From the IMG/VR virus record IMGVR_UViG_3300020165_000007, positions 124,001 through 188,000 of that record: a stretch of DNA of 64,000 bases. One strand, given 5' to 3'. The translations under genes were made by a program, and so were the position numbers. Under the pieces are notes generated by a model that had not been told where the DNA came from, did no database searches, and was given only the letters and a program-made list of their open reading frames with translations. This document shows, piece after piece, positions 39,161 through 47,313 of this stretch (positions are counted from its first letter, which is position 1; each line of letters begins with the position of its first letter).

Positions 39161-39807
39161 TGAAAAAGTATATTGTTCGTTTTTATGGGTGGGAGGAAGA
39201 GATGAATGGATTTAATCTTTCTCAAGAGCAAGCGGATAAGCTTGATGAAGCACTTGAAAGTGGTGAATATGAATCACTTGATAGTATCGGTATGGATATT
39301 GAAGAAATTCTTGGTGTTGAATTCTTTGAAGGTGACGCATTTTCTACGACTAAGGCAAATTACTTAACTGAAAATACATACGTTTATGTTTATGATGAAA
39401 ATGAGAATGAACTATTCTCCTTTGGTTTGGATGAAATGGGTGATATTGAAGACCATAACGAAGAATACGATTATGAAGATGTAACCCAAATTGAGTTCGT
39501 TCCTGAAAAAGGTGGTGTTGAAAATACTCTTTTTGTTTCATCATCAAGTAAAGGAGGTCTTTATGAGTTTCATATTGAAAGTGACGAAGTACCAAAACCT
39601 GAAGATTTTTCTATTGTGACGGGCATGATTGAGATAATAGACTTATATTACGAGTTTATTGATAACGTTTACTTTAAGGGTGAAAAACTTGAAATTGAGG
39701 AATGGTTGGATAATCGTGGCAAAGGAATTTATCTACATTACACCAAACTTCAAGACCTTTATGATTTTTGGGAAAAAAATGGTATTAAAAATCCATACGT
39801 GGATTGA
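39160..39807 (+). CDS. Acidic hypothetical protein
   Basis: 215 aa, start overlaps the upstream stop. Confidence 0.75.
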   Translation: MKKYIVRFYGWEEEMNGFNLSQEQADKLDEALESGEYESLDSIGMDIEEILGVEFFEGDAFSTTKANYLTENTYVYVYDENENELFSFGLDEMGDIEDHNEEYDYEDVTQIEFVPEKGGVENTLFVSSSSKGGLYEFHIESDEVPKPEDFSIVTGMIEIIDLYYEFIDNVYFKGEKLEIEEWLDNRGKGIYLHYTKLQDLYDFWEKNGIKNPYVD

Positions 39808-39841
39808 CAATATTATTTTAATGTTGTATCGTAATACAACA

Positions 39842-39924
39842 GGAGGGATGCCAGAGTGGTTAATGGAGCAGTTTGCTAAACTGTCGTCGGTAACGACGCG
39901 TGGGTTCGAATCCCACTCCCTCCG
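39842..39924 (+). tRNA. tRNA-Ser(GCT)
   Basis: GGAGGGA/TCCCTCC acceptor, loop TTGCTAA, long variable arm, TTCGAAT T-loop. Confidence 0.93.
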
Positions 39925-40097
39925 CAAAAATTAAAAAATGAACTTTAAATATAACATATCAAACAATACAGAACATTTTGAATACACGGTGTATTTGACT
40001 GAAGAAGAATTCAAATCAATTAATTTCGAAAATTACTCAACTACATTTGGTTAAATGAATAATAAGTCATATATTTGTAGAACAAAACAAATAAACA

Positions 40098-40352
40098 ATG
40101 TCAAAAGAAAAACTGTATCGTAGTTCAAATGGTGACTACCTTTACTTGTTCAACTGGAAATGTGGTGGGTTCAATGACGTGTGGGCACCCAATAAGCGTG
40201 AAGCTTATAAGCGTGTAATGAAGGAGCGTAAGGAGTCGGAGGAAAAATACCCTAATCATTCTAAACTTCGTCCTGACTATGATTCAATGCGTCGTTGCAC
40301 TTATAGTGAATATCAGGAACAAAATAAAATGGGTTGGCTACTATCAATCTAA
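40098..40352 (+). CDS. Small hypothetical protein
   Basis: Promoter TTTG 40046 / TATATTTG 40070. Confidence 0.75.
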   Translation: MSKEKLYRSSNGDYLYLFNWKCGGFNDVWAPNKREAYKRVMKERKESEEKYPNHSKLRPDYDSMRRCTYSEYQEQNKMGWLLSI

Positions 40353-40358
40353 TTATAT

Positions 40359-40432
40359 GACTTCGTAGCTCAGTTGGTTAGAGCATCTCACTTTTAATGA
40401 GAGGGTCCTGGGTTCGAGTCCCAGCGGGGTTA
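40359..40432 (+). tRNA. tRNA-Lys(TTT)
   Basis: Cloverleaf; TCTCA-CTTTTAA-TGAGA. Confidence 0.92.
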
Positions 40433-40521
40433 CTTCATCTACCTAAAATTATATCAACATGAAATATTAGCAATAACAAACAAATCAGCTTAATTTAAAA
40501 TTTATAACTAATGTAAACAAA

Positions 40522-40712
40522 GACATTCTCTGAGTAGGGTAAGAATAAAGGAGAGTGTTATAACAAAACTTCTTGCGTGAGTTGGTAAGGTAGCAGCGCA
40601 AGTCTTGTCAGACGCTTACCAAGTCATGGACGAGTGGTGTAAGAAGGTTCCGTTCAAGTTAATGAGAGCGGGTAGACCCAAACAATGGTGGAGTACCAAT
40701 CAAAATCTCCAC
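40522..40712 (+). ncRNA. Candidate structured ncRNA between tRNA-Lys and tRNA-Leu
   Basis: GC-richer spacer with nested helices and no listed ORF. Confidence 0.45.
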
Positions 40713-40718
40713 TGAAAT

Positions 40719-40800
40719 ACCGATGTGGCGTAATTGGTAGCCGCGACAGTCTTAGGAACTGTTGTCGAAAGACGTGTAGGTTCGAGTCCTATCATCGGTA
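40719..40800 (+). tRNA. tRNA-Leu(TAG)
   Basis: ACAGT-CTTAGGA-ACTGT with variable arm. Confidence 0.92.
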
Positions 40801-40807
40801 CTTATAT

Positions 40808-40882
40808 GGTGACTATAGTTCAGTTGGTTAGAACGTCTGATTGTGGTTCAGAAGGTCGTCGGTTCGACTCCGATTAGTCACC
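40808..40882 (+). tRNA. tRNA-His(GTG)
   Basis: Encoded G-1, C73 and loop TTGTGGT. Confidence 0.93.
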
Positions 40883-40890
40883 CATTATAA

Positions 40891-40960
40891 GGTCAGATGT
40901 CCGATTGGAAGGTGTAGGTACGCAATACCTATAACGGTGGTTCGAATCCATCTCTGACCT
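40891..40960 (+). tRNA. tRNA-Cys(GCA) with atypical anticodon loop
   Basis: GGTCAGA/TCTGACC acceptor, U73, TAGGT-ACGCAAT-ACCTA. Confidence 0.82.
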
Positions 40961-40984
40961 CAATTTGAATGAAAACTGTAAATT

Positions 40985-41263
40985 ATGTATGACCCAAAAC
41001 AAGACCCTGCCTTTACAAATAACCCTTATCTAACAGATTATGAATTTAATTATGATTTAATGATGGACCCATGTAGTAACCCAAATCCACCTTCATGGTG
41101 TGAAGACGGTACTGGAGGTCCTTGTAATAACCCTGACCACGGACCTTATTGTGATGGTGTTCACGCAGTACCATGTGATGGTGGAATTATGATGTTATTT
41201 CTTTCTGCAATATTTGGGGTATCATTAATCAAAAAAAGATTTGTTTTATCGAGATACATGTAG
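40985..41263 (+). CDS. Small Cys/Pro-rich protein with PID-CTERM-like sorting tail
   Basis: C-terminal VPCDGG, hydrophobic helix, then KKR. Confidence 0.6.
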   Translation: MYDPKQDPAFTNNPYLTDYEFNYDLMMDPCSNPNPPSWCEDGTGGPCNNPDHGPYCDGVHAVPCDGGIMMLFLSAIFGVSLIKKRFVLSRYM

Positions 41264-41290
41264 TATATTTGTATTCGTTATTTAACATAT

Positions 41291-41364
41291 GCACCCCTAG
41301 CTCAGTTGGATAGAGCATCTGCCTTCTAAGCAGACGGTCACAGGTTCGAATCCTGTGGGGTGTA
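41291..41364 (+). tRNA. tRNA-Arg(TCT)
   Basis: TCTGC-CTTCTAA-GCAGA; own promoter at 41240-41271. Confidence 0.93.
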
Positions 41365-41431
41365 CAAAAAATCTACAATAGATTTGGTAGTTCAAAAAAG
41401 TTACTTATCTTTGTAGTGTTCTTTACAGAAT

Positions 41432-41517
41432 GCCCGGATGGTGGAAGTGGTAGACACGACAGACTTAAAATCTGTTTCGCCGAACGGTGAGTGTGGGTTC
41501 GAGTCCCACTCCGGGTA
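41432..41517 (+). tRNA. tRNA-Leu(TAA)
   Basis: ACAGA-CTTAAAA-TCTGT; promoter at 41383-41413. Confidence 0.93.
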
Positions 41518-41606
41518 CTAAGATAAAGTTCTTTGATATGATGGTATAGTAAATAAGTAAAACTTTCGCTGATGACCCCTCTGCGACAAAAAAGGGGAAC
41601 CAATAC

Positions 41607-41680
41607 GGGGACGTAGCTCAATTGGTTAGAGCATCAAGCTTATATCTTGAAGGTCGGAGGTTCGATTCCTCTCGTCCCTA
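41607..41680 (+). tRNA. tRNA-Ile(TAT)
   Basis: TCAAG-CTTATAT-CTTGA, A73, intact D and T arms. Confidence 0.85.
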
Positions 41681-41698
41681 CTAAAACTATAATAAAAT

Positions 41699-42121
41699 GG
41701 GGGGTCGTCTCTTCGTCCTGATGTGTGGCGACCTCCCGATATAACAAATCGCGTGTGAGGTGAATATGGGGCTTCGGCCCCTACCTCACACACAACAAGC
41801 CGTGTAGTCGTGAAAGGAGTGGTGACTGGAAGCGACCTGAGTACTAGAAAACTCAGACCTGTGTGAAAGCAATCTGTGGGTTGGATGCGCCGACTAAGTA
41901 GTATCTTTTGATACCTTACCCTTATTCTAGTTTGGGTGTCGTTCGGAGAGTAGTGGGTTCGAATCCCATCACATTGGCTAAATTTAAATCACTAAACCCT
42001 CCTACTGACAAGGAGGGGAGGTAAAGATGAACGGGGTATGTCAGAATCCTCAGTAATCGGTGTAACGGTTCGAATCCGTCAGGGGTATTGTCCTTGTAAC
42101 TATCGGAGTATACACCACCTC
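41699..42121 (+). ncRNA. Candidate large structured ncRNA (or two to three adjacent RNAs) with two T-loop hairpins
   Basis: Many helices, a UUCG tetraloop, two GGTTCGAATCC arms without a tRNA cloverleaf, and a kissing-loop complement. Confidence 0.65.
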
Positions 42122-42125
42122 AATT

Positions 42126-42201
42126 GCCACTATAGCTTAGTTGGTAGAGCAGCTGATTTGTAATCAGCAGGTCGGCGGTTCGAGTCCGTCTAGTGGCTCC
42201 A
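42126..42201 (+). tRNA. tRNA-Thr(TGT)
   Basis: GCTGA-TTTGTAA-TCAGC; CCA encoded. Confidence 0.94.
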
Positions 42202-42212
42202 TATAAAAAAGA

Positions 42213-42292
42213 GGGGGTATCGCATAGTGGCAATTGCGGCTGACTGTAAATCAGCTCCTTCGGGTTCGGAGGTTCGAGTCCTTCTACCCCCA
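42213..42292 (+). tRNA. tRNA-Tyr(GTA)
   Basis: GCTGA-CTGTAAA-TCAGC with variable arm. Confidence 0.93.
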
Positions 42293-42295
42293 CAT

Positions 42296-42369
42296 TCTCC
42301 CTTAGCTCAGTTGGTTAGAGCATCTGACTGTTAATCAGAGGGTCCTTGGTTCGAGCCCAAGAGGGAGAG
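42296..42369 (+). tRNA. tRNA-Asn(GTT)
   Basis: TCTGA-CTGTTAA-TCAGA, G73. Confidence 0.93.
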
Positions 42370-42448
42370 CGGCGCCTGAAGACTGAGAGAAGGGGAGTGA
42401 CTATTAATTTAGTCCTCCTCTTTTTGTATTTATAAATAAAATAATAAA

Positions 42449-43384
42449 ATGAAAATAGGATTATGGCACGAAGGGCTTGTAGGGGACGACCTACAAACCA
42501 ATGAATCAAGTTTTAGTACATATGCAAGTGAGTATGTTAAATTTGTTACTGACAATAATATAGACAGGGCATTTTTTATATTACATGACCCCAATAGTAA
42601 AGACGGTAGATACCTTAAAAACGGATGGTTTGAAAAATATTGGTTAAATAAACTACCTAAAAATTGTGAGGTAGGACTTTTAATTGATACCGAACCTGGT
42701 TCTTCATGGGTAAACTCCAACCCTATATTAACTTCAGGTGATAGTATGGAAATTGCATTTCAATATATATCAACATTAAATAACACTTCGGGTAATAAAC
42801 AAATAACGTGCGTGTCTTTTGATTCTGAGGATGTATCGGGTTCAGGTAAGTGGGGAGATGGATATTATAGTGTGGACGGAATTAAATGGATTAACAATAT
42901 GGTGGGTAAGTATATTACTAACCCAAACTTTGATTGGGGGTTTGCTGGTCAATCTAACGACCCTAACAAACTTAACAACTACAGGGAAGTATATTGGGTT
43001 GGTGAGTTACTAAATTGTGGTTGTACTGGAATTTTAGCTAAAAACGATAGTCTTAAATGTCAGTGTCCGAATACGCCTTACTGTAAAAATAAAAACGATA
43101 TAAACGGAATTTTAAATACTCCGATAGGTGATTACCTAAAAAAACCTGAATTAACTGGTTCTACAATATGGACTATGTTTTCAGTAGAAAGTACATCTAA
43201 AACTGATTGTGTATCATTACCTTACGCTAGTAACTCTAAACACCCGTGTGGTATTATGGACGCTTTTGGTGTGTGGGATAAATCGGACTTTATGTCTTTT
43301 TTAAATGAGGTTGAGTTAAAATATGGAATTAAACAAGTTATGATTTATGAGTGGCAATTCATTCCGAAAAAGTGGTTAATATAA
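42449..43384 (+). CDS. Hypothetical Cys/Trp-rich protein, possibly glycoside-hydrolase-like
   Basis: 311 aa; VSFDSED resembles a GH18-like DxE; function weakly supported. Confidence 0.55.
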   Translation: MKIGLWHEGLVGDDLQTNESSFSTYASEYVKFVTDNNIDRAFFILHDPNSKDGRYLKNGWFEKYWLNKLPKNCEVGLLIDTEPGSSWVNSNPILTSGDSMEIAFQYISTLNNTSGNKQITCVSFDSEDVSGSGKWGDGYYSVDGIKWINNMVGKYITNPNFDWGFAGQSNDPNKLNNYREVYWVGELLNCGCTGILAKNDSLKCQCPNTPYCKNKNDINGILNTPIGDYLKKPELTGSTIWTMFSVESTSKTDCVSLPYASNSKHPCGIMDAFGVWDKSDFMSFLNEVELKYGIKQVMIYEWQFIPKKWLI

Positions 43385-43565
43385 ATATTATTAACCACAA
43401 CGGCCACCCCAATACTACCCATAATCTGTCCAAGTAGTTCATAGTTATTCCTGATTTCTGAATTGGATTTTCTAATATAACCGCAACGACTATACCTAAT
43501 GTAAAGTAGATGCAAACAGTTCTAATGTTAGTTATGTCATTAATGAATAGTTCAATAAGGCTCAT
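43359..43565 (-). CDS. Small membrane protein
   Basis: Two hydrophobic helices; GTATTTAT upstream. Confidence 0.55.
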   Translation of the reverse strand: MSLIELFINDITNIRTVCIYFTLGIVVAVILENPIQKSGITMNYLDRLWVVLGWPLWLIIFILTTFSE

Positions 43566-43878
43566 ACCATAAATACTTTTTTATATCAAAATTTAATCAT
43601 ATCTTTGTATTATGACAAACGAAGATTTACAAAAACTTAAAGATAATATTTCAGAATACAGAGAAGATGAAGGATATGAGCGAACTTTTGAAAATGGAGG
43701 ACAGAATTACTATAATATCTCCTTTTACCCGATGTCTTGTTTTGGAAAACGAGGGTCGTAAGGTGATTAAACCATACCAGGTATATAAAACTTGGGTTAT
43801 TGACATTAGATAATGTATTACTATATTTACATGAGGAAAGGGTTCTTTGACATAAACAAATATTAAAATTTAAAAATC

Positions 43879-44217
43879 ATGAATACAGAAATAATGTTTT
43901 TTGTAGGGGGTATTTTAATGTCAGGTCTAATAGGTTTGGTATTTTGGGTATCTTCGAACAGAAAAGAAATAGTTAGTATTAAAGCGGAAGACGAGTCATT
44001 GTCAGACCTTTTAAAACAATTACAAAATGAAGTTAAAGACTTAGAACTAAATGTTCATAAATTCGTTGATAATATGTACAGAGATACTGATGATAAGTTC
44101 AACAATTTTGATAAAGGATTGGATAGTAGATTAGATAAAATGGAAAACCGTCTCCACACTATGTATGAAGACGGTTGTAAACCAGTTGATAAACTTAAAA
44201 CTCAGTTAAACGGGTAA
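43879..44217 (+). CDS. Membrane-anchored coiled-coil protein
   Basis: N-terminal TM followed by heptad pattern. Confidence 0.7.
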   Translation: MNTEIMFFVGGILMSGLIGLVFWVSSNRKEIVSIKAEDESLSDLLKQLQNEVKDLELNVHKFVDNMYRDTDDKFNNFDKGLDSRLDKMENRLHTMYEDGCKPVDKLKTQLNG

Positions 44218-44218
44218 A

Positions 44219-46234
44219 TTAGTTAAAGAACTCTTTCTTAATTTGATAATTACCATTAGTGTATTTTATTTTCTTAATATAAATTCCTGATGAGGTTATC
44301 TCACTTAAATTAATCTTAGCACCGTAGATATTATAGTATTCTATATTTTCTACGGTGTTTTGATTTTCAGGAATTTGTATTCCTTTAGAATTAATAATTT
44401 GTTTAACCGACTCAGGGATTTCAGTTTCTAACATCATACCATTCTCACACTGTAGACCAAATACGGAAATAAAGTCTAATATATCGTCAACACCAATAAT
44501 ACTATCCTGATTAAAATCTAACGGACTACATTCTACAGTTAATCCAAAGTTTTGTAGTAAAGGAAATAAGTCAGAGGTACCTACAATACCATCTTCATCT
44601 AAATCCCAAGGACAATCACCTAATGGTGGACATACATCAACAGGAGGACCCACATAAAAAGGTAATATCTCTTCATCTCCCCAATTTCCTGTTACTGTGT
44701 TTAGAGTGTCATTACCATTTATAATAGAAGTCGGACCCCCACAAGGGTAAAACATACCATTTCCAAATAAATCTTCTAAAACTAAAACATAATTTCCTTC
44801 TTCTAAACAATATGTGTTAGTTTCAACCTCACATGCGTATACTTCATTATCATAGTAACCCCCCTCATCAATTAATTCCTCAGTATCTGAGTTGTATAGA
44901 CTCCATTCGAATCCATAAGGTAAAGCATCAAATTCTATAGTAATGTCTATAAAAGTACCTTCATAATTGTTAATTTGAAGGGTATTAGTATTATTATCTT
45001 CATATATGTCACCTAATACTTCTACATTAACCTCTATATCTGAGATACCGTATTCTATATTGATATTAGGTATTATTATAACTTCACTTTCAGCAAAACC
45101 TAAATTTCCTACCCAATTAATAGAACTACTTTCACCATTTAGAGAATAATTAATAGTGGCTTCAGTTAATGTATCACCAAAACTCTGTAAGTTGAAAATT
45201 ATATCCTTTGTGGTTGAACATCCCAAATTAGGAACTGATAACCCATTAATAGAAACGTCTATCCCCCCAACGGCACCACATGCTAAATTATTATCCACAA
45301 CTCCAGGTCTAAAAGTTTCTAATTGGGATAACATTCTTAAAGTCTGTCCTTGGGTAAAACTTTCCATACAATTATCAGTAGTATAATCCATAAAATTCTC
45401 TATTAAATCACCACCACAAGCACCTCCATTTAAGGGACATCCAATGTTTCCTGTAGTGACAGGTGTATCACATACTTTATCCCCTTGTGTTTCACAGTTA
45501 GTGTTGGTAGGGGTACATGTACTTGTTTGATTAAATGTGTGAAATAACCCACAATAGTGTCCCATTTCATGAACCAGAGTTCTATTTAACCCATAACTAC
45601 CTACATTAGTAATTCCAAAAGCGTTAGTCCCCATAAATACCCCATAATTAGTTGGGGGTAAATAAGCGAACCCTAACGGACTACCAAAAGGCGCTATAAA
45701 AACATTACAATAATTATTTCTATCATATCCAATTTGATTGGATACTTGAATGTGGTTATTGTAAAAAGCCGTAGCGTCCCACTCCTCTATATTTAAATTA
45801 TCCCAATCATAATATCTAATACCTTCAATAGGTTCTCCATCAGTAGAAGCATTTGCTATACAAAAATTTATCTGTGTGTTTGCAGTAGGTACATCACTAA
45901 ATTCTCCCGCAAAATTATCATTTAAATTATCAAAAGCTTCTTGTATAAATTCCACAGGTAAATGGTAGTCAGTTCCGTAGGGTTCACCAAAATGAATTAC
46001 ATGAACTATTACAGGAATTGTAATAGGTAAATCTGATTTGTTTGAAATTCTTATCGTCTCTTCTGATTTTTTCGCTATAGATTCAAGTTTTTGGTAGCTC
46101 CTTTTAAATTTAGGGTCTTTTAGTTGCTGTTCAAATAATATATCAGTACCACATCTCGTGGGTTCCTGAGAAAATATTATGTTATTAAATAAACTAAATA
46201 AAAATACTAAAATTAAAGGTCTTAAAAATGTCAT
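44219..46234 (-). CDS. Secreted M43 (pappalysin/ulilysin-type) zinc metalloprotease with dockerin-like repeats and a CTD-like tail
   Basis: Signal peptide; RCGT cysteine switch; HEMGHYCGLFHTF; Met-turn NFMDY; DLDEDGIVGTSD/DFNQDSIIGVDD; YYNIYGAKI...GIYIKK tail. Confidence 0.88.
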   Translation of the reverse strand: MTFLRPLILVFLFSLFNNIIFSQEPTRCGTDILFEQQLKDPKFKRSYQKLESIAKKSEETIRISNKSDLPITIPVIVHVIHFGEPYGTDYHLPVEFIQEAFDNLNDNFAGEFSDVPTANTQINFCIANASTDGEPIEGIRYYDWDNLNIEEWDATAFYNNHIQVSNQIGYDRNNYCNVFIAPFGSPLGFAYLPPTNYGVFMGTNAFGITNVGSYGLNRTLVHEMGHYCGLFHTFNQTSTCTPTNTNCETQGDKVCDTPVTTGNIGCPLNGGACGGDLIENFMDYTTDNCMESFTQGQTLRMLSQLETFRPGVVDNNLACGAVGGIDVSINGLSVPNLGCSTTKDIIFNLQSFGDTLTEATINYSLNGESSSINWVGNLGFAESEVIIIPNINIEYGISDIEVNVEVLGDIYEDNNTNTLQINNYEGTFIDITIEFDALPYGFEWSLYNSDTEELIDEGGYYDNEVYACEVETNTYCLEEGNYVLVLEDLFGNGMFYPCGGPTSIINGNDTLNTVTGNWGDEEILPFYVGPPVDVCPPLGDCPWDLDEDGIVGTSDLFPLLQNFGLTVECSPLDFNQDSIIGVDDILDFISVFGLQCENGMMLETEIPESVKQIINSKGIQIPENQNTVENIEYYNIYGAKINLSEITSSGIYIKKIKYTNGNYQIKKEFFN

Positions 46235-46396
46235 TACTTATGGTAGAGTAGATTGTACTACTCGTATATAAATAGATTTATTTTTTAAGTTATCCATGTA
46301 GGATTATTCCTATTAAAATAACTTTGATAAATGATTATTTTTTACTATATTTAATTAGTTGGATTTATATCCATAAACTTTTTAAAACTTATAAAA

Positions 46397-46621
46397 ATGA
46401 AAAATTTAATATTTTTATCCGCTGTCGCTTTATTGTCTTCATGTGGAACGGTAAATGAAGAAACTGAAGTTACTATTACAGACACTACTAATCAATGTTG
46501 TGATACTACTGTAGTTGACACAACAGTAGTTAACATTTTTGACCCAACAGGTATTAGTAACGTTCAAGAACTTCTTGACACTTTATCTAATATGCCCGAA
46601 GGAACTATAGTTAAAGATTAA
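46397..46621 (+). CDS. Small lipoprotein
   Basis: Lipobox LLSS-C, then a T/D-rich stalk. Confidence 0.7.
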   Translation: MKNLIFLSAVALLSSCGTVNEETEVTITDTTNQCCDTTVVDTTVVNIFDPTGISNVQELLDTLSNMPEGTIVKD

Positions 46622-46764
46622 TAACCGATGTCGAAAAAAAACTACGAAGATTTATACCAAGGAAGAAGAAAGAATCAACTAGAATTTAGTTATAAAGTGG
46701 TTATTCTTGGGTACTATGGAATTATCCTTAGTATTTTATGTTTTATGTTATATCATTATTTGTA

Positions 46765-47313
46765 ATGAAACGTACTAAAATAATAAATTTGTTCGCGGGA
46801 CCTGGGGCTGGTAAATCAACCATAGCCTCAGGTCTTTTTCACGAAATGAAAAAACGTCATATTAAATGTGACGCCCCTTATGAGTTTCCAAAAGAACTTG
46901 CTTGGAATGAATCTAATAAAGAAATAAAAGACCAGCTTTACGTCATCGCAAATCAACATAGGGGTATTGTTAGGTCTTATGGTATTGTTGATTACATTAT
47001 TTTAGATTCTCCTTTACTATTATCGTTAGCGTATAGAGATAATTACACTTCAGAATATCCCGCGAATTTATATGGGGAAAGTTTTGAGCGTATGATGTTA
47101 GATATTCATAACAAATATGATAATATTAATATATTTTTAGATAGACCTGAAAATATACACGAATATGAAGGTAGGTTTCATAATGAAGATATGTCAAAAA
47201 AACTAGATAGAAGAATAATTTCTATTTTAGAAGTTAACAACATCCCTTTTATAAAAATGAAAGTTGATAAAAATACTATAGATAGTATTTTAAATTTAAT
47301 CAATTATCCTTGA
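46765..47313 (+). CDS. NadR/AAA_28-like P-loop kinase
   Basis: INLFAGPGAGKST...DSPLLLS...GRFH. Confidence 0.8.
   Translation: MKRTKIINLFAGPGAGKSTIASGLFHEMKKRHIKCDAPYEFPKELAWNESNKEIKDQLYVIANQHRGIVRSYGIVDYIILDSPLLLSLAYRDNYTSEYPANLYGESFERMMLDIHNKYDNINIFLDRPENIHEYEGRFHNEDMSKKLDRRIISILEVNNIPFIKMKVDKNTIDSILNLINYP

Noticed and set aside
40570-40602. SRP RNA-like GGTAAGGTAGCAGC
   Set aside because: Lacks the CAGG internal loop and GNRA-capped helix of SRP domain IV
41569-41600. Hammerhead-like CTGATGA-stem-GAAC
   Set aside because: GAAC instead of GAAA, and no convincing stems I/III or cleavage triplet
41940-42090. Two extra tRNA genes suggested by GGTTCGAATCC arms
   Set aside because: No D-arm or anticodon arm at canonical spacing; treated as part of a structured ncRNA
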